Of a stretch of 55,521 nt of DNA, positions 37,099-49,461 are shown piece after piece. The notes below the pieces were generated by a model. That model ran no database searches. It was not told the DNA's origin and was given only the letters and a program-made list of their open reading frames with translations. Source of the stretch: Reclinomonas americana ATCC 50394 (lineage: Eukaryota); assembly GCA_048213135.1 (NCBI GenBank), contig PS015098.1, positions 58,967 to 114,487 of the forward strand, in the 5' to 3' direction. How positions within the stretch are numbered: the first letter of the stretch is position 1; every line of letters starts with the position of its first letter. Position numbers and translations under genes: made by a program.

Positions 37099-40000
37099 TT
37101 AGTGCCGCCTGTTGCGTTCGTGACGCGGTTTGTGAGCGATGTGCACCGAGACACGTTTCTCTTCTCGACAGTTGCGTGGCAAGTCCGCGCCTCAGTTTTT
37201 TTTTAATGTGCAGTGGCGGTATCTTGAACCACTGACCAATCTCTGGCAGAACCGCACCGCGGACGCGCTGGCATTCCTCAGCCTTCACCTGACGCTACTC
37301 GGCTCAGTGTTCATCAACACCCACTCGGGCATGGCATTCGCGGCCACGCTGTTGCCAACAACGGTACGCTGCTGGCGTTTCGATTTCCGAACACGCACAT
37401 TCCGTCATCTTAATTCGTCATACATTGCCTTTTCGCAGATGGAATATTCGAGACTCACGACAGTCTGGTTGTTTGTGGCCGTTTCTCTGTCGTTGCTGGC
37501 GGTGCAGACGGTGCGATTGTATCTCTCGCACCGTGCACAGCACAGCAATGCTGCTGGAACCGGTTCCACTGACTTGACCGCCCGCGGCGTCGCGATGACG
37601 ACCGTCGTCGTCCGTTTCTTGGTGCGTGTGTGTGGAATGGCCATGTCCATGTTTTCCTTGCGCCTCTCCCTTTCCTCGAAACCTGTGGTTTCCCGATCTT
37701 GAGCTGTCCTGTCCTCCCTCCTCCGTCACTGCTGACATGTACGGAATCTCAGTGGGCACTGGCGACGGGTCCGCTGCTGACGGCCATTGCACACCTGCTG
37801 CTGCGACCACTCCACTGTGACTTTAACACGCTGCAGCACCTCTCTGTGGACTTGGTCGACACCGAGTGGAGTTGCGATCTCGTCGGCAATGTGCATGCAT
37901 TTCTTGTTGTCTCATCAACGCCCTCTCTCTTTGCAGGATGTGACGATCCCGTCAACGTGTTTCTCGGGTCCGCCGGCCTTCTCGTCGTCATCGCACTGTG
38001 CATCGTGGCGGTGCTGCTCCCACTTCTGTTGCGCCGTGATGAGTGAGGGTCAGTCTCTCTCTCGAATCCTCCCGACTCATCACTCTTGCAATTGGTTCGC
38101 CACGAGCGCAGCTCATTGGACTTCCACCCAAACTCGCGGTTGTCGACTGCCGGCTTGCTCAGCGGCCGCTACGTGGCCGCCCTCAATCTTTGCCGCGTTG
38201 TGCTGGCCGTCTCGTACACATTCATCGCCAAGGCCGTGCCACTGGTGCACTTCGGGCTGGCCGTCGCCGTGGCACTGGTGTTGGCGATTGGCGTCGCTCG
38301 CTACCTGCCGTTCTACTCGATGCTGTCCACCACCAGTGCGTTGTCGCTGTGCTCGGCAGTGGCCTTGGCCGCCGTCGGCTGCGCGTACGTTTCCGTCTCG
38401 GGTGCTGGTCCACTGCGTGAGTGGTGGATGATGCAAGCGGTGATTGTCGGCGGCAGTGTGGCTGCCGGCATCGTCTTTGGCTTGATCGTCATCTCCCTCC
38501 GTCATCGGCATGTGGTTCGCGGTATTGACCAGCTGATTAGCGGCATTGGCGTCGGTGGCAGTGGCGGTGGCGGCAGCAACACCTTGTCGTCACGGGCCGA
38601 CAACAGCCTCGCCAGCTTGTCGAGTCCCACTGCCCGCTACTTGGTGCGGTGTACGTGTTGTCCTCCTCATCCTTTGTGCAACTCACTCACGCTCACAGCG
38701 AGGACTGACGTCGGGGAGCCAAGGTGGCGATACAGAAACAAGGGAGGACGAGGGGTACCTGCACGCCGTGCGGCATGCGTTCCCACGTGTGTGGTCCGTT
38801 GAGCTGGCTGCCCGCTTGCCTCCGAGAGATGCCGCAGACCCATGGGGACGTGCCATGGACCTGTTTGAGATCGGTGAGTGCCACCGTTGTCACCTGTGTG
38901 TGTCTTGCGTGCTCACATGTGCGCGCGCGTACGTGCAGGTCACCTCCACTTTGCCGACTGTGTGCATGCCGCTGACACGCTGTCGGTGGTGCACGCCGTG
39001 TACATGATGAGTTTTGATGTGGAGCTGGGGCGCTCACAGCAGATGGTGGCCGAAATCGCAGCGCGCAACGAGGCGACGCCGACGCTCTCGTGGGATATGC
39101 GTCGCATTGTGTCGGCGCTTGCATCGTCGTTTGAGCAAAATGTTGATTTCCGACAGCAGTCGTACCGCGCTCGACTGGCCGCCGTGCATCAGGAGTGGTG
39201 CCAGTGCTACGTGTTGCTGATCTCGTTGTGGCGACAAGTGGAGAACGGTGGCCGTGGTGCGTGAATAACCCCGCGCTCTGATGTTGCACTCGCGCGGACT
39301 CATTGTTTTGTTCCGCACAGAGAGCAAGCTGCTGTCGGTGCTGCTGACGTTGAAGGAGCAAGAGGACAAGTGCAACAGCTTGTTCCTGTCCATGCTGCGT
39401 GACTTTCCAGACGAGGCCGAGCTGGTCATGTGGTACGCACAGGTGCGTGGAGTTGGTTGTTTGCCATGACTTGGCGTGCAGCACTTTTTCTGACCTGACG
39501 ACGCGCAGTTCCTGGTGGAGATCAAGAACGATGAAGTCGGCGGTCGACGGTACGACGAAGTGGCTGAATTGCTTGCCACAGTCGACGGCTCCTCGACGGA
39601 GAATCGGGAAAAGGAGCGCCACTTTGCACTGGAGGAGATTGCCGCGGTAAGCACAGCAGAGAGCGCTCTCTGCTATTCCGACACCGCTGATCAAGCGCGC
39701 GCGCATGTGCAGGAATTGCGCGGCATCATGTTTCTCCGCCATGACATCTCCGGAGACAGCAACGGCGGTCCATCCGAGTCGGCGTCGTCGTCGCGATCGT
39801 CTGCGACGTTGCCTGCGTGGGGTGTCTGCGATGGTGGGCAGTGCGTGCAAAGTCGGAACCATGGTACCGCGTCTAACACATGGGGGTGTTGTTGTTGTTG
39901 GTGAGCAGACGCAGCCGCGCAATCCGCATCCGACAATGATTCGAGCTCGGTCCGCGAGGAGTCAATCGCTTCAGAGACTGATCACCGACAGTCGTCGACG

Positions 40001-43000
40001 CCGGCACCTGCAGGTGCATCATCATCCACCACATTGCCGACTGGCGTGCGCCTTTAATTTTCTCATTGCGGTTGTCGCGCAGCAGCTGGTGGAAACGAGG
40101 GCGAGCTGCGATCAGCTCTGAAGAGCAAGAAAGACGAAATGCGAACGGTGTCGCTCGTGTACAGTCGCCTCCTATTGGTTGCTTGCTCACTGTGTGTGTT
40201 GTGTATGAGTAGGACTCTCGCAGTCTGCGCCTCACCTCGCAACGAAAACTCAGTTGCGCGACTAGCAGTAGCAGAGGATGATGCCTATTGCTGCGCTGAT
40301 TGTTACCGTTGCAGACTTTCCGGCACCTGTACAGCCACGAGGTATGCAGATGGCATCGGCCGTGGATGATGGAGCCTCGTCTACTGGTGGCAGGTGTGCA
40401 TGACCGCAGTGTGTGTAAGGGTGTGTGCGAGATTAAGACTGACGACGATGTCTGCGTGCGCAGCTCGCGTGTCTCCGGTGCCAACTCCAACAAGAGCGGC
40501 GTCAGTGTGGACAGCACCGCCTCTGCATCGATTCGTCGCACAATCATTCGCGAAAAGGTTTGCCAGTGCGCAGCGCGCGCGCACATGTGTCTGCCACCCA
40601 TTGGTTTACAGTCCCTGACTTTGCGCCTCTCACCATCTCAGAATCCCACAACATACCGAGCATATTCGATTCTCGCCATGTTCACCGCTGTCTGTGCCGT
40701 CGCTGCTGTTGCCATCCTTGTGAGGTCGTCGAGTATGCTTGCATCAATTGTGAATGACCGCACGCTCGTGACGGATATCGACACTGGCAGGTCTTCGCAC
40801 TGATGCTGCTGCACAGAAGGTCGTACTCATTCGTCGTCTCACTTGGCGCTTCTCTGTCCTCACAGCAATTGTGCGATTCGCATCGCCGTGACTGCGTGGC
40901 GCATGTGGGAGGAGGCGAACGTTGACGGAGGCGCAAAGCTAGTGGATGGTTTACGACCATACATTGCTGGCAATAGCACCGCAGTTCACAATGCCTTGCG
41001 GCTCATCTCGCAGCAGTGCGTAGCCTCTTGTTGTCTCACGTGCACTCACCTCGCCACGGACTCTCATCGCTTGTTCTTTTGTACTGCGCAGCCACTTTAG
41101 CGACCAGTCGGCGATGCGTGTTGCTATTCGGAACATCGAATACAGCGACACGGGCGGCACCGTGGTGAATCGATCACTGCCGGGTGGTGATTTCGTGTCA
41201 TTGTTTCTAGATAGCGCAGCGGTACGTACGTGCATCTGAGTGCGTCTGAGTGCTACTATTGCAACTGAGGTGTAGGTACACAGAGCCTCTCTCGCATGTC
41301 CACGCGACTGATGACATCGGCAATTCGTGAGGAGGCGCTGATTACGCTGCTGGCCAACAGCGCCACTGCTAGTGATGTTCTCTTCCGAGTGGCCAGCGAG
41401 TTCAACGACGACGTTGTCAAGTCGACCGCGGAATACTCTGTGGAGGCCTGGTTAGACCTTGCAATTGTTACTGGGTGCGCAGACATTCAGGCACCGTCGC
41501 GAACTTGATCTGCCGCGCACTGACTGTCTGCTGCGTTCGTGCAGGCTCTGTGTCGGCGTGCTGTTGGTGCTATTGCTTCCTGTGGTGATGACCATGCGTC
41601 GCAACTTGCGACGCAGCCTCGCCACATTTGCGAGTATACCACGCGACGAGATGCGCAAGATACGTCATCGTGTGCGCGACTCCTACCTCAACTACCTCAG
41701 CATGTCGGACGCGGTGCGAAATGTTGCGTGGTCGCACTATTCTTCTCGTCCACACTCGTTCTTCCACTGACAGTCTTGCACCGTCTGCAGGGCGTCCACC
41801 CGTCCACGACGGTGACGAGCAAATACCTCGCCACTCAGTGCACACGAGCCGACATGCAGTTCACCGGCAACATCATCTTCCGCGCCGTTGTGCTGGCACT
41901 CATTGTCGTCACTGCACTGGCGTGCATGTCGTTGCGCCACCACTGTCTCGAAGTCGTTGTAGTCATTGTTATCTCTGACAAATTGGTCTGACATGTTTCG
42001 TGCATCGCGCAGAGTGAGCGCCAATGTCGTTGCTCAACAAAGCGTCGACGGCTTGCAGACGACGGGTCTCGTGGCGGAACGCAACGTCGCTGTGGGAATG
42101 GTTGTGATGACAGCTGTGCAGTACTTGAATCCCGTCGGCATCACTCCTCGAGCGGACGTGCAAGTACGACTGCAGCAACTCATCGCGACGGTACGCGTCG
42201 CATGTGAGATGTGTGAAGAAACGGCTGCTGAATATCTGAATTCAATGTGTGCACTTACCAGGCGAAGAAACGACAAGAGGAAGTAACGGAGAGAATCATG
42301 GACAAGGGGTGGGATTCGACAGCCGACGCCATGCAAAACACACTGTTGTACTCGACGCGCTGTTCCTCCGCCGCAACGAACCCTACGTGGTGGAAAACGA
42401 TTCGCTGCGCGCCGATCAGCGACCTTGTGCGTCGATGTCATGTCCATTGAGGCGACTGATTTAATCACCAGCTGATGTCATCTCACTTTTGGTGCAGATT
42501 CACTCGATGCTCAGCAGCGCAGAGCAGCTGGCGTCCGAGCTGAACAGTCCGCCGACGGCAAGCGACAGAGATTTGGAGGAGTTTATCGTGCAATCACGTC
42601 CCGCGCTGGCCACTTATTTTGGTGCCAGTCTCCAGGTGTGGATGGGGGAGTGAGAAAGAAAGAAAGAGACGGTAGATGATGGGTCATCTGAGAATTGCAA
42701 AGAGAGAGAGAGAGAGATCTAGAGCTGAATTGCTTGATCGCTGCTGACTGTTGCGCACAGGCACTGACTGACGGCCTCGATCGGTCGATCGCCCGCTACA
42801 CGTTTTTTGCCACTGTGATGTTCACCGTCGGCTTGGTGTCGACCCTCTTCATCTCCGTTGTCCTCTTGGCTCCGCTGCTAAAGGAGACAGACTGTCAGCT
42901 GCGGTTCTTCAAGCAGTCGCTGCTACGTGTTCCTGTCTCGGCAGTGAATGCAGTGGCGGAGCTTCGTCGACAGTTATTGCCTCGTTGCGTCGATCGATCA

Positions 43001-46000
43001 GTTTGTCATGGCTTCCAGCTTGTGTAGTCTCACCGTGTTCTCGACCACAGATGCCATGTTGGCGTCGATTGAGATCGGGCGCGTGATGAACGAGAACGAG
43101 TACATGTTTCGCGAGATTACCTCCAGTTGCGATACATGTCCTCCGAAGTAGTTTGAGAGTGTGCACGAAGCTGATATTCATTTCACAACACGCGCAGGTC
43201 GAATTGTGGCGCTGGCGAATGAGGCGGTGCGTCCTGCTTTCCCTCTTGTTGATTCTGCGGTGATGACTGACTGGAAACAACTCTATGCTCCAGGGAGTGG
43301 TTGAGTTTGTTAACAGAGCCTTCACAAGGTCGCTGGGATACGTTCCAGACGCCATTGTCGGCAACAGCATCAAGGCATGAACTCCCGGTGTCGTCGCTGG
43401 TCATGATTGCTTGGGCGTGTGTCGCTTACACGGTCATCTCGCGCAGGCGATCATGCCTCCCGAACTACACTCAATGCACGACGGACTATTCTCTCGCTTT
43501 GCTGCTCAATCAGTGAAAGACCGCAGCGGCCTTATGGTCGCCACCAACACCGAGGTACTTGTGCAATTGTTCTCTTCATGGTACAGGCTGTTGAGAGCAC
43601 CTGACGCAACGTGCACTGCAGGCGTGTCACCGCGACGGCAGCCGAGTGCCAGTTGCACTCTCTGTGATCGACATGACTGTCAATGGTCGTCACATGTATG
43701 GTGTCATGATGCGCGATCGCACGAAAGAATCATCAGGTTCCGACACGCTGAGGCTGCAAAAGGTGAGCTCTCTGTTACTGCAAGGGCTCGAGACTGGCGA
43801 AGATATTTCAGCTGCACTCGCGACTGATTATGATTACATCAGGTGTCATCGGTGACCGAGACGATGCCAGATGCAGTCATTGTGTCGGATGCGAGTGGCG
43901 CGATACTGCAAGTCAACGGCAGTGCGGTGCGCCTCTTTGGATATTCTCGGGTCGCCGACCTGCAGAATCAGAACATTCGCATGCTGATGCCAGCGCCGCA
44001 TGCGGAGCGGCACGATTCGTTGCGTTGCCTGCAGGGGGTGCCAAGGGCAAGAGGCTGCTGACTCCGATGACGTCCTTGATCATAGGTATGTCACCGAGTA
44101 CTTGCACGGCAACAATTCACCCGCTGCAGACGCGGTTATGCAGAAAGCAACAACACTGCAGTTGCGTGTATGTCTCCTAGTAAGTATCTCGTCCTCTCTC
44201 TTTCTCTCTCATCGGGCGTGCTTTGCAGTCCTCGAGATGTGCAGGCGGTGCAACGGAACGGCTCGCTGATTGCGATTCGAGTGCACGTGGTAGATGTACA
44301 GATTCGTGGCGCTCATTACTTTTGTGCAAGCATTCGCAACAATGCCGACGAAGCTCAACAGCGCGCGACGTTGGAAATGCGCATCGATGAACTGTCCAAC
44401 ATGCTGGGCATGTCGTGCGATGCAGTTGCGCGCAAGGGATGGCTGTGGGAGTGGCCGTCATCAGACCCATTTTGTGTGCTCACTGTCGTGCAGATTCTGT
44501 GGACCGACAGCGCGGGAGACGTCAAGTGGTGCAACACATTGGTGCCTCGCCTGCTCGGATACACAATGGAGGAACTGACGCAGCCGCACGGTTTGTGACG
44601 GCAGTTGAGGAGTTCGTCACTCGCATTGCTCTCACACGGCCGATTGTGCACAGGTGATGCCGCCCCAGCCAACATCAGTGCACTGCTGCGTCCCCTCACC
44701 ATTACGGAGGTGCTGCAAGTGGATCTGCACGGCGGGCGAGAGGTGACACTGACCCGCAAAGATGGACAGACGTTGCGCTCTCTTTGGCGCTCTCCAATCT
44801 GTGTGATGCGAGAGTGATGCTCATTGTTGTCGGACACAGTGGTGCCTTTGTGGTGCGCGGCACCGAGTGCATCATCGATGGGCAAACGCACATGCTGGTG
44901 AGCATTGCCGAGCTCAATCAACAACAACGTGCCATTCACCAACAAGACCGGAGCAATCGCAATCTGCATCAGGTTTGCTGTCGTTTCTATTTGCTGATTA
45001 TGCATTTGTCTCTCTTACTCACGGTTGCTGCGGCCAGCTGCTGAGCATGTCGTTCCCGCAAGCGGCGCTCAACCTTCTGATGGCATCGACTGAAGACAGA
45101 GCTCGACGCTTACTCGACAAGGTGTGTGTATGTTGTGGAGCCACGAGTTGGTCCGAAGCGTGTTGCGCACTCACGAACTGGACGTCTCGACGCAGGGGGC
45201 GGTGGATGAGCGCGGTCTGGCGCCGACCATGTTTGAGTATCACGAAGATGTCACGTGCATCTTTGCAAAGGTCGTGGCGGTGGAGCGCGAGACAGAAGGA
45301 GGTGAGTGGGCATCCATGAGAAGAGTCGCCGTTGCGGACAAGTCACTGATTTGTGCGTGCCCCACAATGCTGCAGGCACAATGTGCAACGTGTCGCTGCT
45401 GGAAAAGGTGGGGGTGATCCATCGACTGATGAGCAAGTTGGATGCACTGGTCAGGCAGCACCACATTGAGCGGGTGAAGACCATTGGTGAGATGGAAAGA
45501 AGACACTGCTGCATCTTCTTTCTGTCAAGACCGCCCCTCACCACCACCGTGGTGTGCATGTGTGAGCGCAGGCTCGGCGTATCTTGCCGTGTCGGGCATG
45601 TACGCCCCGCGGCACGATCATGCCGCGGCCGCGGTAGAGTTTGCACTGTCGGCGAAACAGGCGATTGAGGAAGTGAGCGAGAGAGTTGCGTGTACGGTGG
45701 GATGGAGACGAAGTGAGAGAGACTGGGAGAGGGAATAGAGGCCTCATGTTTTCTTCGCAGGAGAACCTGCACATCAAGTTCCGCATTGGTGTGAACACGG
45801 GGCCGGTGACGTCGGGCATTGTTGCCGGACTCATCCGCACGTTCGACTTGTATGGTGGTGAGTGGGAGGAGAGGCGGTGGAAGGAGGGTGATATCTATGG
45901 AGGAAGGAAACTGACTCCTCGTCGATGGTGTCGCAGACTCAGTGAACATGGCGTCGCGAATGGAGAGCTCTGCGCCACTCGGCAAGATCCAGATCAGTGA

Positions 46001-46295
46001 GGTTAGTGTGTGCGACAGAGGAGGTACATATGGGGCGGAACAGGAGAGCTGACGGGGTGGTCTGCACAGTCGACACACCGGCACACGCGCGGAATGTTTG
46101 AAGCTGATACGACAAGTGTGGAGGGTGAGTTTTGTGAGGGTGGAGAGTCGACGGTACGCAGTGTGATGCTGGTGCTTACGAGCGTGGTGCGCAGTCAAGG
46201 GCATCGGTATTGTGACGAGCTATGTTGTCGTAGGCGCCCGCGGTCGTCGCAGTATCACCAGCGACAAATCATCAGGTAGCGTTGGCTCACTGTAA
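37099..46295 (+). CDS. TmcB/TmcC-like multipass membrane protein with three PAS domains and a C-terminal class III nucleotidyl cyclase domain; 5' end uncertain
   Basis: N-terminal TM region with HPNSR...SGR, RYLPFY, VELAAR and TPR-like FPDEAELVMWYAQFLVEIKND. PAS motifs at about 43090-43720, 43860-44340 and 44400-44920. Cyclase VKTIGSAY, FRIGVNTGPVTSGIV, FDLYGDSVNMASRMESS, KIQISE, VKGIG. TAA at 46293-46295. Some middle exons not fully traced. Confidence 0.88.
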
Positions 46296-46787
46296 ATAAA
46301 TAACTGCAGAGGGCTTCGCAACAAGGAGTCGAACGCAGCACAACACTTGCGACAAAAATGTTCACAATCCCTTGCCGACAATGACTTTGGCACACAACAG
46401 TGATATAGACACACAATTACTCTTCTCCAACAGCTATCTTCCCTTTCGACGTCGATGTCAAGTTCTCTGTTCAGAAATAACTTTCACTTGAAACGCCAGC
46501 CGTGCAGAGGCCGGCACGCCTAGGACAGTGCCTTCATTCTTGGATCTCGACAGTCGTGAGAAGAGGAGTCGACTTCGCATTCTTGATAATCTCGACGTCG
46601 ACGTCGAAGTTCTCTCAGTCACAACAACGATCAAACGCCTTTGCTGGTGCTCTCTCACATACAGAGGCGTAGGCCGCCACACACTTCTGCGTTGTCACAG
46701 GGGTTCTGGGATTGAAAAAGTCCTGTGACTAATTTCGCGCGCGCGTGCTTTGTGTGAGCTTGTGCTCTTCCTTCTCCCTTGTCCACA

Positions 46788-46824
46788 ATGAACCAGTTCC
46801 AGATTGTGGAACAAGTCGGGCAAG
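46788..46824 (+). CDS. ULK4: ULK4/RUNKEL (pseudo)kinase, exon 1
   Basis: MNQFQIVEQVGQG followed by donor GTCTGT; resembles the RUNKEL/ULK4 N-terminus. Confidence 0.7.
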
Positions 46825-47199
46825 GTCTGTGTGTGTGAAGAACAACAACAACAACAACTGACATTGTGTGTGTGCGCGCACTCTCAGTGACTGTGTGTGT
46901 GCTTGTCATTGAGAGAGAGAGAGAGAGGGAGAGAGGGAGGGAGAGAGAGTGATCACTTGTTCAGGGACTGTCTCTCTCCCTCTCTGTGAGTGTGTGTGTG
47001 TGTGGGAGAGAGCGTGTGTTGTCACTTGAGTTGCTCTTTCTTTGGGATCTCATTGTGTGCGTGTGTCTGTCTGTGTGTGTGTGCTTGTGTGTGTCTCTCT
47101 CTCTCTATGTGTGTGTGTGCGCATGTGCGTGTTTGATAGAGAGTTCGCTCACTCTTCAGATCTAACTGTGTCCTCCCCCCCCCCCCCTCTCCCCTCACT

Positions 47200-47725
47200 N
47201 NNNNNNNNNNNNNNNNNNNNNNNNNNNNNNNNNNNNNNNNNNNNNNNNNNNNNNNNNNNNNNNNNNNNNNNNNNNNNNNNNNNNNNNNNNNNNNNNNNNN
47301 NNNNNNNNNNNNNNNNNNNNNNNNNNNNNNNNNNNNNNNNNNNNNNNNNNNNNNNNNNNNNNNNNNNNNNNNNNNNNNNNNNNNNNNNNNNNNNNNNNNN
47401 NNNNNNNNNNNNNNNNNNNNNNNNNNNNNNNNNNNNNNNNNNNNNNNNNNNNNNNNNNNNNNNNNNNNNNNNNNNNNNNNNNNNNNNNNNNNNNNNNNNN
47501 NNNNNNNNNNNNNNNNNNNNNNNNNNNNNNNNNNNNNNNNNNNNNNNNNNNNNNNNNNNNNNNNNNNNNNNNNNNNNNNNNNNNNNNNNNNNNNNNNNNN
47601 NNNNNNNNNNNNNNNNNNNNNNNNNNNNNNNNNNNNNNNNNNNNNNNNNNNNNNNNNNNNNNNNNNNNNNNNNNNNNNNNNNNNNNNNNNNNNNNNNNNN
47701 NNNNNNNNNNNNNNNNNNNNNNNNN
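47200..47725. other. Assembly gap (N run)
   Basis: Run of N bases within the ULK4 locus. Confidence 0.99.
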
Positions 47726-47769
47726 GGCACCTCCCATGGGTCACACAGCAATAACATGAGCGTATATAC

Positions 47770-49269
47770 CTCAGTGTGTTCAGTTTTTGAGCCAGCTCCG
47801 AGCTGCCACCCACCGTCTTGTAGATGAGGGTGAGGAAACTCTCCAGATCGTGCTGGTTGAGAGCCAGCATGTCATTCAGCGACAGCGGCGTGAACGGGAT
47901 GGCTCTGCTCTTGGATAATGAGCACGACAAAACGAGACAGGCAATGAACAACAACACGACACAGACCGCCTCTCATAAGTCGGTGGTGTGATCTTTTCGA
48001 TGCGTGGATTCATGATGATGGGCTTGACAAAGTTGTCGGACTGGTGGAACAGCAACTGTGGCAGAGGAGAGAGACAAACGAGTGAGACGAGGCTGACGCA
48101 GAGCGCCACACACAGAGTCGACGAAACGTGCTCCACGTTCGGTCCGGTGTAACGACTGCCCTCGAGCCACGGGAAGGCGGTGACAGGACGAGGTTCCTGA
48201 AGAGACGGAGAGCGAGTGAGAGGGAGAAGGAAGACAGAGTAGGAGAAGGGAGAAGAGAGGAGACAACTCTGCAGAGGCATGAAAATGCAACATACCTCGG
48301 CAACATCGCGGGCAAACTTGACCGGCGCAGTGTGTGGCCGAGCAGCCCCGGAGCCCTCCGCCCCGCTGCTCTCCTCGCCTGAAATCTCGTACTGCTCTTC
48401 TGGAGCTGCGCCACGACAACGGTCATCAGCTAAGCAGAGAAAAGAAGCATGTGAGTGTGCAAGCACACGCACCGCTCTCCTCGATCTCCTCCGGAATGTC
48501 GTCCTCTGACGTGGATTCGGCGGCCAGACCCGGCGACTCCGAATCCTCAATCTCACTGGGCACGGCGTCCTGCGGCAACAGTAGCAAGGGCGATTAGACA
48601 AGTGCTGGCGAGTGATGATCACAGCACGATGTGCGCATTACCGGTGTAATGGCACCCCCGGCTTCGTCGTCGCGCGCTTCGTCGGAAAACATCATTTCCA
48701 TGTCGGGATTGGAGACAACAATGTCGCCCGCATCGAGCACATCGCTATCCTCATCCGGTGCCACCCCAGCCTCGGCTGCGCGTTCGTGGAATGAGAAGAG
48801 CGAGGTGAGGCCAGTGCGGCACACTCTCAACAAACGCACCAAGGGTGACGATGCTGCGTCGGTAGTTGGCGTTTTCGGCCCTCTTGGTGATGTTGGTGCG
48901 GACGATTTGTGACAATCGCGTGAGCATGTTGCTCTCTGCGGCGCGTGAGAATGATTGGTAAGCGTTGTGCGATGCGCGGCACCATGCACCCACGCAACTG
49001 CGAATGGACAGGTCGCGGCCAGAGCCACTCGCGGCCGCAGTTGGCTTGCGTGCGGCCGATGCTGCCGCCGTTGCCGCGGGAGTGGGCGCTGGTGGAGCCG
49101 TGGGAGCGGCGGCTGCCGTGCGGGCTGGTGGCGGTGGCTCCACACCAAACAGGCGGTGCATGTCGGCGGCCCAATCGCGGTGCGTGTCGAGGAATGCAGC
49201 AAAGAGCGGCTGATCGGGCATGGGGAGCGGCGACAACTCGGTCATCCACCACTCGTGTCGCGGTAGTTG
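47770..49269 (-). CDS. ULK4: ULK4/RUNKEL middle exons (end of kinase domain and linker) on an inverted contig
   Basis: HEWWMTELSPLPMPDQPLF, NMLTRLSQIVRTNITKRAENANYRRS, NPDMEMMFSD, LLFHQSDNFVKPIIMNPRIEK and KLNTLR resemble RUNKEL/ULK4 motifs, in the expected order on the minus strand. Confidence 0.8.
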
Positions 49270-49320
49270 CTGGCAAGGGGGAGGCACGATGAGAGGGANN
49301 NNNNNNNNNNNNNNNNNNCG

Positions 49321-49322
<2 letters not shown>

Positions 49323-49400
<78 letters not shown>
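49323..49400. repeat. (GT)n microsatellite
   Basis: Visible in sequence next to a gap. Confidence 0.95.
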
Positions 49401-49404
<4 letters not shown>

Positions 49405-49461
49405 CTAACCTGTGCACCGCCACGTTGGAGGCATTTGCTCACCGTTCACTTCGTCATGCAG

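Noticed and set aside
684-46295. Stop-codon reassignment
   Set aside because: TAA (684, 46293), TAG (12123, 17875) and TGA (7116, 7356) all end genes, and the internal stops examined fall within introns.
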